Shown here piece after piece: positions 1 to 11,121 of a stretch of 64,000 bases of DNA. The position numbers and the translations under genes are program-made. Source of the stretch: Lama guanicoe (taxonomy: Eukaryota). The DNA is taken from positions 2,552,508 through 2,616,507 of the forward strand of contig MU053588.1 in NCBI GenBank assembly GCA_013239625.1, in the 5' to 3' direction. The notes under the pieces were generated by a model. That model did no database searches, had not been told where the DNA came from, and was given only the letters and a program-made list of their open reading frames with translations. How positions within the stretch are numbered: the first letter of the stretch is position 1; the number at the start of each line of letters is the position of its first letter.

Positions 1-934
1 TATCTCCACCCTGCGCTTTCAATTAGAATCTGGTGGGTTTCCATCTACTCAGCCCTGAAATTCTTCAGAAGTGATGCTGGTTGGAGAAATTGTGCTTAGC
101 TTTTTAGCTACCTGTTCATACCCCCCGAATAAAACTCTCACAAATATAGGTGGGACTGGCTGGGTATCTGAGGCAGGTCCCTTTTGCCTACTGAGGTTTT
201 AAACCTCTATTAGTGGTGAGAATATATGAGATTTACTTTCTTCTAAAAATGCTTATTCCCCACCTTCATGCCAAGACCCTCGAATTCAGCAAATGTTCTC
301 TGAGAAATGCTGTATGTTTGAGGTTCCTCAAATTCCCCGTACATCATACCATCACACCATCCCTGTGCTACTACCAGCGTATTACTGGTTTCTCTTTCCC
401 CTATCAGAGACCCTCTGTACAAGCCAACTCTAACCCTCAATTCTAGGTAGATTCAGAAAATCCCAACAGAGAAGAACATTTCTCGTAATTGGAAGGCTCC
501 TGACCTCTGTAGTTTCAGTTCATCTCATTCTCATGGCTTCTACAGCTCTTTCATTCATACTTTTCTTTGTAATGTAAATTTTACTACTCTGTGGAAGTGG
601 GAATGTTTTACTGCCTTTACCTACTACATCCTATTCAGAACTGGAATTTTAATCTCCACTCTTTTGAAGTTGATTATTCTTTGAACTATTATTCTTATTT
701 TCAATTGGGATGCTAGGACAGAGTTCTGAGAAGAAAGAGTGAATGTGGAGAGGATTTCCTTGAAACCAAGGCTTGTTAATTAGTGAGAAGGTACTGGTCC
801 AGGCAGAGGGCGAGGCTGAGACTAAAAAACCTTCAGATCAGACCCAACCTCACTTTTTCCATAGTCATTTGGGAACCATAGCTGAACATATGAGCATGAA
901 CCAATCTTGCAAACTCAAGATTGGAGAAAAAGAT

Positions 935-1033
935 AGAAAGAAAGAGAGAGAGAGAGAGAAAGGAAGGAAGGAAGGAAGGAAGGAGGGAAGGGAGGAAGGA
1001 AGGAAGGAAGGAAGGAAGGAAGGAAGGAAGGAA

Positions 1034-1098
<65 letters not shown>

Positions 1099-1164
1099 GA
1101 GAGAAAAAGGAAGGAAGGAAGGAAGGAGGGAAGGGAGGAAGGAAGGAAGGAAGGAAGGAAGGAA

Positions 1165-1206
<42 letters not shown>

Positions 1207-1290
1207 AAAAGAAAGAGAAAGAAAGAAAAGAAAGAGAGAGAGGAAGAAAAAGAAAGAAAGAAAGAAAAGAAAGAGAGAGAGGGGAAGAAA

Positions 1291-1326
<36 letters not shown>

Positions 1327-1411
1327 AAAAGAAAGAGAAAGAAAGAAAAGAAAGAGAGAGAGAAAGGAAGAAAAAGAAAGAAAGAAAGAAAAGAAAGAGA
1401 GAGAGGGGAAG

Positions 1412-1470
<59 letters not shown>

Positions 1471-1560
1471 GAAAGAAAGAAAGAAGAAGAAGGAAAGAAA
1501 GAAGAAGAAGGAAGGGAGGAAGGAAGGAAGGGAGGAAGGGAGGAAAGGAGGAAGGAAGGA
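935..1560 (+). repeat. Pure-purine (GAAA)n/(GGAA)n compound microsatellite
   Basis: About 626 nt containing only A and G; it produces the spurious K/E/R-rich and F/L/S-rich ORFs. Confidence 0.97.
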
Positions 1561-1772
1561 CTGGGGAACTCAACTCTTAGCGAGAGAGGCAGCAAAGTGC
1601 AGTGGGCCAGAGCCTGGCCTCTGTAATAAAGCTGTCGAGGCTGCCAGTTGCTAGCTATGTGACCTTGGGCAAACTCATCTCTGTGCTGGAATGTCGCTGT
1701 CAATAATATAGATATAACAATAGTACTTAGCTTAGAGGGATACTGAGAGGATTGATTGGAATGACATATTTT

Positions 1773-2179
1773 TTTCTTTCTTTTCATTTTTCATTTTTAT
1801 TAGGTAGAATTGTTACAATTTGACTGCACATATACAATATATTGCATGTAAATACATATACACAATATACTGCACATATTTTTAAAATTTATGTATATGT
1901 ACTGTTCATTGTTTATAAGAATGTTTAGAGCTTTAGCTTTTTAAACTTACATAGTTATCAAAGGAATAAAGCCAACCACAAAGTAAGAATTAATTAAAAA
2001 AGATGCATACCTGCTGCTATTAATAGCAGCATTATTTATAGTTAATTGCCAAGATACAGAAGCATCCTAAGTGCACATCAAGAGATGAATGGATAAAGAA
2101 GATGCAGCATATATATATATGTAGTGGAATACAACTCACCCATAAGAAAGAAGGGTATTTTGCCATTTGCGGCCCTTCA
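1773..2179 (-). mobile_element. Short L1 insertion with inverted 5' segment, inserted in a MIR
   Basis: TSD TGGAATGAC(A/G)TATTTT at 1757-1772 and 2180-2195; minus-strand AATAAA plus A-rich tail at the left; L1 ORF2-end sequence (gatgaatggataaagaagatg...ttgccatttgc) in + orientation at the right. Confidence 0.7.
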
Positions 2180-3619
2180 TGGAATGACGTATTTTAAACA
2201 TGTAGAATACTGCCTGTTCACAGTGGGAGTTATGTGGGCATTATTATCGCAACCATCAAAGACCATCACTACCTTTGTGGCCAAGCATTCCCCAGTCTGT
2301 GTGGGACTAAACTTCAACCGCAGCAGATACAGTAACAGATTTGTGCTGGTCACACTATATTTTGTTTGTTTTAATTTGGAAGCAGATATAGATCACCTTC
2401 CTACCTGCTTAATTTTTCTCCCGTTTTCAAACAGGTAATACATTCACATTATTCAAGACTCAGGAGGTGCAAAGTGATTTAAAATAAATTCTCCAAACCA
2501 AAATTCCCACCCAGAGGATACTAAATGTTACTAGTTTCCACTGTATTCTTCTACACACAAATGATAACTAACTACATCCATTGCATCAGTCAGGATGGGC
2601 TAGGTTTTGCCTAACAGAGCAAAATTCATTTCCCATATTCAATGCGTGTTGGCTGGTGACTCTGTTCATTGTGATCATTCAGGTTCCATCTTGACATGTA
2701 ATTCCATGATCACCTTGGCAGGGGCGAGATGACTCTGGAAGGTCTCATATCAGCAATTAAATTCTCTTGCCCAGAAGACACACACACATTATTTCTCACC
2801 ACCCATCGAACAGAAATAGTACTGTGGCCTTACTAAACCGCAGTGAGGGAGCCAGGAAGTTCAGTCTTCCATGTGCCTGCAAGGGAAGAAGGACCGGATA
2901 GCACACAGAGCAGGACTATTGGCCCCACTGCTCTTCTGCATCTCCCTTTATTCACTTGATAGCATAGCCTGGAGGATGTTCTATTTCCAAATTTGTTTTT
3001 CCGGCTGCATGGTACTTGTTCTGGATATTCTATTTGCCCTGCTACTGCCAATCTCTACCATAACCTGTCTTTTATTAGGGGACCTCTATAAACTGTCACC
3101 CAGGCTCCCTTGACCTCTGTTGTGGTTTGGGCTTGGCCATTGGGAGCAATATTGGATTGTTTATTCCCTGGCGATCTTTATTCTGGGCCATGGGATGGGA
3201 GAGGTTGTATTCCTCTACCAGAAACCATGACTTCTCCTGGGGGCTCTCTTTGACCCCTGTACTGTCTGTCTTGGTTTCAGAAGCGGCTTCAGGCCTACAT
3301 GTGGTAATAGATGCTCTTTGTAAGCCCTGGAGCACTTCAACGTCTTGTAGGTTTTCTTCAGCACTGTCTTCAAATTTGTAAATAGTACCTACATTAAGCT
3401 CTCATATTTTCTGATGGGATTGGTGGATATATCCCACTGTATGGATGTATCATAATTTATTTAACCAGTATCCTTTGAATGAACATTTTGGTTGTTTTCA
3501 AGTTTTCACTCTGTGAACAGCCCTGCAATGAATAACCACACGCAGAGGTTACCTTGCACATTTTCAAGTACATCTCTAGGAGAGATGATCTAGATGTGGA
3601 GTTATAAAGTCAAAAGGTT

Positions 3620-3794
3620 TTTTGGTTTTTTTTTACATTTTCTTTAAAAAATTTTTTTAAAGTTTTTTTTTGGTGGAGGGTGATGGGAGAGGTAATTAGA
3701 TTTATTTGCTTATTTTTAGAGGAGATGCTGGGGATTGAACCCAGGACCTGTGCATTCTAAGCATGTGCTCTACCACTTAAGCTATACCCTCCCC
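3620..3794 (-). mobile_element. tRNA-derived SINE (camelid vic-1-like)
   Basis: gggattgaacccaggacc...gctctaccacttaagctataccctcccc is the reverse complement of a tRNA-like head with A/B boxes; T-rich tail on the left. Confidence 0.8.
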
Positions 3795-6700
3795 AACAAA
3801 GGTATGTTCTTTTGTAATGAACAAATGTCAAATTACTCTCCTCTGAAGGTGTGCAGTTTAGAGCCCCACTGATCATGGTTGAGAGTAAGGACTGCTCCTT
3901 TGAACTAAGTCCAAAATCCTAACTATATGGGTCTTGGTGTGTGAGAGTTGCAGGGAGGGCACACAAAAGGGAACAAGAGAAACTAGACTTCTGGTGACTG
4001 TGCCTCTGGGTGTTGAGTAACTGATTGGCAAGTGAATTTCATGACTGTATTTGTTCTCCAACCGGGAATAGTTGATCATATAGTATTAAAGTAAGATTTT
4101 TAGAATTCAGATTTGATTTTAAAGGACTATGATTCCTGCCCAGTGATCTCAATTTGAGCTTAAGTTTTGATTCTGAGACTGTGGTACTAATGTCTGTTAA
4201 GTTTCTGATCCGGAAGAACCTCTGAGTCAAAGGTTTTCAGCCTTTCCCATGAGCAAGAACACGTGAATGGTTCCCATCAGACATGAACATTTGTTTGTTA
4301 ACTCATATACTTGTTACAAAACAAGACACGGCTTTAGTATTTCCCATCACCTTCTCCCCACCCCTGCTTGGTAGAAAACAGCCAAACTATGACAGCTAAG
4401 CTGCTGACACGTATTGGAAAATGTTTGAAACTTGAGATCTGTGGTTTGTTATGAAACACACAGCACTCCAGAGTTCAAATTTCTTCCCACATGGCCTTAG
4501 CTGTCTGTAGATGGGGGAAAGGACAAGGAAGGGGAACAGCTGTAGTAAAGAGACAAACAGTTCTGGGGACTGTATCTGTGCTCGGCACTGTTACTTATCA
4601 GCTGTCTCTTAGTGGTTCTCAGTCTCAATTCGCTTACCTGAAACGTGAATAATGGGAAAACCTTTATCACAGACTTGGAAGGATTTTTATAACATATTCC
4701 AGGCAAAGTTCTCATAGTACAGCACCAGGCACAGGTAACCTCGACATCTTGGAGCTGTTGTTGTTATCTCCAGGCACTATGATCTCCTCCCTCTCTGACC
4801 GTCCCCTCTTGACCCCCCGTATTTAGTCCCTCCTTGAAAGCCTGGCTCAGGAGTCCAGGAAGAAGACAACATCCTGGAAGTGACGGCCATTTAATTAGGG
4901 TACGTGATGGGCATTCACCTGTTTATTCTCTGGCCAATTTCTGTCCTTCCCGGGCTCTTCTGCTTATCACAAAGAGCTGACACCTGCAAACTAATCCTGC
5001 CTTAAAGGAGTTTACGTAGGAGAACATGGTAACTTGAGCACATCAGGAGAGGGTTTTGAGGTCAAGTCATGAGTATTTGATTGTACTGAATTTTTCAGTG
5101 GCCTCTATTGCAGGAGGTTTTGGAGAATGTGTAATGTTGCGAGGTCCTGAGGGAGAAAGTTTGGGATGAATATTTTAGGCTGCAGGGAAGGAAGTGACAT
5201 GGAGATTGGAGGGCTCTAGGGACACGCCCTTGGTAATGAGGAAACCCTCTATCTGGATGTTCTTCCGTTCCCTGCAGTCCAACCCACTGTCCTCCAATCC
5301 CTGAACAGCTTGAATAACACACTTCATGGAGGGAGTCTTGACTGATCCTCAAATCTGGGTTCTGGCCCTATGACTTTGGTGATCTCCTCATGGACTTTGG
5401 TTGGAGAATAAATGAATGGAGACCTGGAACTGGGTTTGGTGTGAGAATTGTGAGGTCTGAGGGATTTGGGAACCTAGTAGAAACTGAGAAATCTTGGAGG
5501 AAAAAGGAAGGGAATTGCAGGAATCTGAGTGTGTGTGAGGGGTTGCAGGAATTTGGAATGTAAAGTGGTCCTGGAACTTATGGATTCTCAGAGATTCTGT
5601 GGGTCTGAGAGGCTGGATGAAGCCGTAGAAATTCAAGGGTCTCAGGTATTTTCATGGGTCTTGGGTTGTCACTCTGAGGTTTCAGTGTGAAAGGATCTGC
5701 AGAATCTCTAGACTAGCTGTCACAAGTTAGGGAGGACAAAAACTCTCTAGAGTCTCAAAGAAGCTAACTGAAATCCAAGGGAATCTGAACGTGACAATCT
5801 TTTGCAATTCCGTGCTGTAAAGGAACGAATGGTGCAGTTAAGGTTTTAGACAATTTTATTGGGCTCTGAGGGCCTCAGGATCTTCAAAATGTCTTAGGGA
5901 ATTAGGGATCTTGGAAAGGTTGGATTCTAAGGGATCTGATATTCTTTGGTGTCTTAGGCAGGAGCAAGGGAACCCAACCTCCACTGCAGTCAAGAAACTC
6001 CAAAACTGTGTGCTGTCATAGATCTGGAAACTGAGTGAAAGGTGATGACTCTCTATGTAGAGATTCAAATTTCTGGCATTCAGACATGGAGTTTCTCATG
6101 TCATATAAAACCAGTGACACTGTAACCAATAAGCAATCACTACACTTCCTGCAAGTCAAAACTAAGTTCTTATTGCTGTGTTCCTCTGTTGCTCCTGATA
6201 GCAAATATCCAGAGGCGAATGCAACAAATGCTGGGACTTCATGTCTCCTCATTTTCCAGAGAGGATGGAACGAATCATCATTTATGTGAAGTCTTCATTT
6301 ATGTAAAGGTTGATCTCTTCCTCTTCATCAAACGTGCAATGTTGCTTTTGCTGTACAGAACTTCACGTGGATGTGGACGATGCTGGATAGTCAAAGGGAT
6401 AGACTCTGCTAGTCATTAAACTGTTGTCTCTCAGCTCCAACCCTCCCTTCTATTCTGTTTTGTGATGTGGGCCTGGAACTCTAGAACCCCATTCTCCATT
6501 GCTGATTAGTGCCAGCTGGGCTTTGCCATTTGAGGCATTAAAGGGAACCTGAGAGGCAGAAAGAGGAAGAGACTCTGTTCTTCTTAGAACAACTCAAGCA
6601 GTGGTTCTGCAGCTGATAGCACGCCAGGAGGAAGCTCAAGCTTTCAATTTCCTGTCACATTTCCAGAACCAATCTTCCCTACCCCTAGTACCCAGTTCCC

Positions 6701-7279
6701 CAATATCCAGTAAACAGCTTTTTAAAATTCTGTGACAACAACTGAACCCTGACTAATACCATGTAGTTTACATAAGAGCCTCATCACCTTTGTTTCAGTT
6801 AGCGTTAGCTGGTATACCCTTTCCATTCCTTTGCCTTTAGCCTTCTAGCATCTTATGTTTTGGCTAAACCTCTTATAAATAGATTATATGAGGCTGATTT
6901 TTCATCCAAGCCGTGAGTCTCTTTTGCCTGTTAGCAGTGTTGCTGTTTACATTTATTTTGAATACTGATGCCTTTGAATTTATTTCTGCCATCCTTTTTT
7001 TTCTTTTTTTTTTTTTGGTTCTATTTGCTGTGACTCTTTTGTCTTGACCCTCAGTTTTGTGCCAGTGATTATATTAATGGCATTTTCTTTATTCTTATAT
7101 GTTCCTCTCAGGTGGTTTGGAATTATAAACAGTGACATAATTATTTTCTCTAAGAATGGCTTACACTTACATTTTTTTTGAAATATAAATATGGAAAAGT
7201 ACATGGATCAAAGTGTGTGGTGTAATGAATTTGGAGAAACCGAATACCAGTCATTCTTCAGTATCCTCAGGGGATTGCT

Positions 7280-8690
7280 TGCTAGATAAGCCCAAAATTG
7301 GCCTCAGAAAAGGGAGAACAAGATTGGAAGTTCAACAACTGTTGATTTGATAAAAAGAGAAAGCTCTGGTTTGGATCGAATAACATTCCAGTGCTGCTGG
7401 AGACTCTAAAATTCCCACTCCTCACCACTATACATGCATTAAATCATTGATCTACTGACAAAATTATAGCTTTCGTGAATCAATATTGGTTGGGAAACAC
7501 TTTCCCGAAGTACGACCCAGGGAAGAGTGTTTTCACTGCTCCTGGACATTTCATAGCGCCTAATGGACCATTGACATCTGGCAAATGTTCTTCATACAAC
7601 TTTCCCCATCTGGTGAATAGAAATATATTTCTGTCGTGATCTGTACATTCTCATACCGGACAGAAGACTTCCCTTGCAGACAGGCTACTGCCTCTTCTGT
7701 GGATAAAGTCCTTTTTGGAAGAGATTATCCCTACCTGCGGAACTCTTCCATAGTGACTAAGGAGCCCACTTTACCAGCTAGGTGTTTCAACAAGGCTGTG
7801 CTGTTTGGCTGGTTTTATACACACTTGCACTGCACTCACCATCCTCAGTCCTCTGGTTTAGTCCTATGCACTAACGGCATTATTTAGGCTCAGTTAGCAA
7901 AATTTGTAGTGGACTTCCAAATACCCTGGTCAAAAGCATTGCCTTTGGCCCTTCTAAACCTCAGATTCACCCCTTTTGGAACTCGTAAATTCTCACCCTT
8001 TGAGGTAATCATAGGAAGCCAAGTGCCCTTGACTCTTGCTTCTTTTGACCCACAACTGATAAAAGGAGAGATTCTCCACTGTTGCAATGACCTAATAGTT
8101 TCTATTAAAAAGAACCATGTTTTGGTAGTGCAATCTTCTACAGTGCAGCCCTGGAAGAGGAAGACCTTAAGCATCATACTTTGCAACCTGGAGATTTCAT
8201 CAATTGGAAAGGCACCTCAAGAAGAATGCTGTTCAACCTCACTGGCAAGACTCCCGTCATTACTGCTACCCAACCCTTGTGCCACCAGACTCCAAAGAAT
8301 AGACTCTTGGAGTCACGTGACACACCTAAAGAAAGCTCTGAACCCTGACCGGACCTGCACATCACCCAGGGACCTGAAAGTAAAGATTTTCCATGATTTA
8401 AGCTAACGACAGCTGATGGGACAGCTTTCCCAAGATATCTGGACCAGGACTGGTAGAAGTTTGTCACAGTCCTTTGATGATAACATTTCAGATAATCTTC
8501 AATGTCTATGATTTTGATAACAAATGGATTTTAGATAAAACTGGCCTGGGAGTTCTCTCTCCTACCCCTCCCCATGACTCAAATGTGACCTTAATATGCT
8601 TCTGGTTTATGCACGTCCCCTCCGACGGGAGGCACTACACCCAGGAAAGGTCTTTCCTGACACTGACAGACAAAAAGCTGCTGAAACTAG
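7280..8690 (+). mobile_element. ERV1 (gammaretrovirus-like) internal remnant with degenerate integrase
   Basis: Fragments EDFPCRQATASSVDKVL, HPQSSGLV..TNGII, PWSKALPLALLNLRFTPFG..FSPFEVIIG and PCATRLQRIDSWSHVTHLKKA are typical of the retroviral integrase core and C-terminus; multiple frameshifts. Confidence 0.85.
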
Positions 8691-8701
8691 GAAACCTGAC
8701 T

Positions 8702-8990
8702 CTTTTTTTTTTTCTCGCATTACTGTGACAGCTTTTCTTTTTCTTTTTCTTTTTTAGCACCTTTATTGTGGTGTGGTTCCTGCACAGTAAACTACACATA
8801 TTTCAGGTGTACACTTTGATGAATCTTGAGCGATGTATACACCCATGAAACCACCACCGCAATCAGGACAGCTAACATTTCCATCACTCCCCAAGAGGTG
8901 CAATTTTCAAATTCCCAATGTATCCCTTCCCACTTCCTTTAACCCCTGGTAACCATAAGTTTGTTCTCTATGTCTGTGAGTCTGTTTCTG
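8702..8990 (-). mobile_element. L1 3'-end fragment inserted into the ERV
   Basis: Poly-T, then ctttattgtggtgt...ggtaaccataagtttgttctctatgtctgtgagtctgtttctg; flanked by TAG(G/A)AAACCTGAC direct repeats. Confidence 0.7.
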
Positions 8991-9052
8991 TAGAAAACCT
9001 GACACTTTATCAATGATGCTTTCAGAGGAAGATCTTGATCAAAAGAAGGAAA

Positions 9053-9392
9053 TGTAAACAAAGAAAATTAATACACAGAAACCACAATTAAATGGAGTTG
9101 GAAGACCACAGAAGGGGAGCTCTCACACCCTGCAATGAAAGCGGAACCAAACAAGAAGGAAGACTACTTGTCTCTCCCGGCAAGGGCTCAGCCAATGAAA
9201 AGCCACGGACTCTTTGCTTCCTTTTGTCCTCCCAAATTCCTTTTTCTGTCCATCAAAGCATGCTCCTTCCTTTGCCATTTGGGGACTTGCACATAGCTCG
9301 CTATGGTTGCAGATCCCGATTGCAATTCTCTGCTGATCCCAAATAAACCCATCCCTGATGGAGAAATATCTGGTAGTCTCTTCAGGTCAACA
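9053..9392 (+). mobile_element. 3' LTR of the ERV1 element
   Basis: Polypurine tract AAAAGAAGGAAA, then TGT... start, internal AATAAA, and ...GGTCAACA end (TG..CA termini). Confidence 0.75.
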
Positions 9393-10578
9393 CACACAAA
9401 TAAATCCAGGCCAAATCCTTAGCCACAGTAAGAAGGTCCCAGCCCCTAGTCCTGTCCCTAAATGACAATTAATTTGTGGAACTTTCAACCTGGATAAGCT
9501 AAATCCATAACAGAGGCCCGATGGACCTCAACAATGCATCACAAGGCAGCCCAGCTCTGCTTGCGGTCAACTCCCCTAGTTGAGGAGGCTGGATTGCATG
9601 CCAGTCCTGAGCCTGTCTTCCAACTTAGTGATTAGCAACGCAGAGGAGCAAAGATAGGGAAGAAAGCAGAACTTCAATTGACCCAAGGACCAGGATGGCT
9701 CCTAGAACACCAAATCCTACCTTGGCAAGGAGGAGAAGGAAGGAGAATTCCCTTCCAGGAACTTGCAACCCCAAATTAAGCCACACCCACAAGTACCTGT
9801 ATCCCTGCAGAATGTAGTAGGTAAAGTCCTTTTATTCACTAAATCCTTTTGGGAGCCTACAGTCTATCCTACTTACCACTTGAAATTTCCCCTCTATTAC
9901 TAGGTGGAAAGAGCGCCCTGGAAAAAACCCAAATACCTACACTCCTCCAGAGCTTTCTCCTGGGAGCTGTGGGATTTCGTAATTGCTGCCCTTGGACATT
10001 TTGTCAAACGGTTATGATGTCATCCAGCATGTGGTTCATTTACTCATCTCTGGGATCATTGATCTGAGCAGCTGAACTTGAGGAAAGAGCAGCATGGGGA
10101 CCTGATGGGGGCAAGAGGGGAGTTGGGCCAGAGAAACAGGGTATTTGAAATAAGGTGAGTCAGAAAAGCCTGGAGAAGCAGAGCCCCCATCTAGAGTGGG
10201 GTTGTCACATGTATCCGTGCAGATATGCGAAGAAGAAAACGCACCACTAGTTATCTAGATGTGGTGGCTGAATGGGATGTGCTGGAGAGAGAAACGGATA
10301 CCAGAAGAATTTGGGGGGAAAATATAAGCTAAGAAGGAAGAAAACTGGCAGATGCAAGCAACCACAGTCCCTGAGGTGTGACTGAAAGACGGTTAGAAGG
10401 AGGGACTAAGCGTGGACCACAGAACTATCTGAGCACAGTCAGAGGGGGGTCTATGGAGTACAGGCATGGGGGACTCAACCGAGGGATACGTGGAGTGAGG
10501 TCAGGTAAAGGTGGATCCTGGAAAGGGTGGGACAATTATGAGCGATCTCCCAGGAGCAATTAGGCAGGGGATACCTAG

Positions 10579-10860
10579 TGTTAGGGATTAAATTGTGTTC
10601 CCCCAAAGCTTATATGCTGAAATGTTAACCTCCAGTGCCTCAGAATGTGACCCGATTTGGAAATAGAGCCATTAGAGTTGTAATTAGTTAAGATGAGGTC
10701 AAACTGGAGAAGAGTCGGCCCCTAGTTCCACATGACCGATGTCCTTATAAGAGAGGGAAATTTGGAACGACACACACACGCACTTACAGAACGGCATGAA
10801 AAGGTGAAGGGAAATAGCAGAAGGAAGCTTCTACACGTCAAGCCTGCCAGCAAGCAACCC
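10579..10860 (+). mobile_element. MaLR LTR (MLT1-type) fragment
   Basis: tgttagggattaaattgtgttcccccaaa...cctcagaatgtgacc..tttggaaataga...gttaagatgaggtca...gtccttataagagagggaaatttgga. Confidence 0.75.
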
Positions 10861-10956
10861 CACGCACGCTGACACCCCTTAGGGAGGCACTGGTTCCTCC
10901 GCTTGTGGCGAGGGGAATGAGGAAGCCAAATGTAACCTCTATTTTCCTACCTACAG

Positions 10957-11121
10957 CTCAGTAAGCAGTATGGCCCTGTGTACACCTTGTACCTGGGATT
11001 CAGGTGGGTAGTGGTTCTCAGCAGGCGCCAAGCTGTGAAGGAGGCTCGGGTGGATGGACCATGATAAGAACTTCAGTGACTGAGTGACTTCCCCTTATTT
11101 TGCAGGTCAACAACAGAAATG
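10957..11121 (+). pseudogene. Decayed CYP2 (CYP2F-like) exon 2
   Basis: ctacag|[33 protein letters not shown], then frameshifted/stop-containing ..NFSD*..DFPLF.. ending aatg|gtaag. 165 nt versus the canonical 163. Resembles CYP2[48 protein letters not shown]. Confidence 0.85.

Noticed and set aside
773..1787. Long ORFs of 219-293 aa (K/E/R-rich and F/L/S-rich)
   Set aside because: Artefacts of the stop-free GAAA/GGAA microsatellite
3009..3160. Possible exon 1 of the + strand P450 relic (MVLVLDILFALLLPISTITCLLLGDLYKLSPRLP*PL)
   Set aside because: A hydrophobic stretch followed by a KL.P motif is suggestive, but there is no clear PPGP..LP..GN and no donor at the expected distance; it needs a profile search
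6016..6419. Coding-looking ORFs in non-repeat-looking DNA
   Set aside because: No recognisable protein family or clear exon boundaries; may be an ancient transposon remnant
7909..8406. 165-aa ORF as a possible domesticated integrase
   Set aside because: Only a fragment of a frameshifted ERV pol; the catalytic core is split across frames
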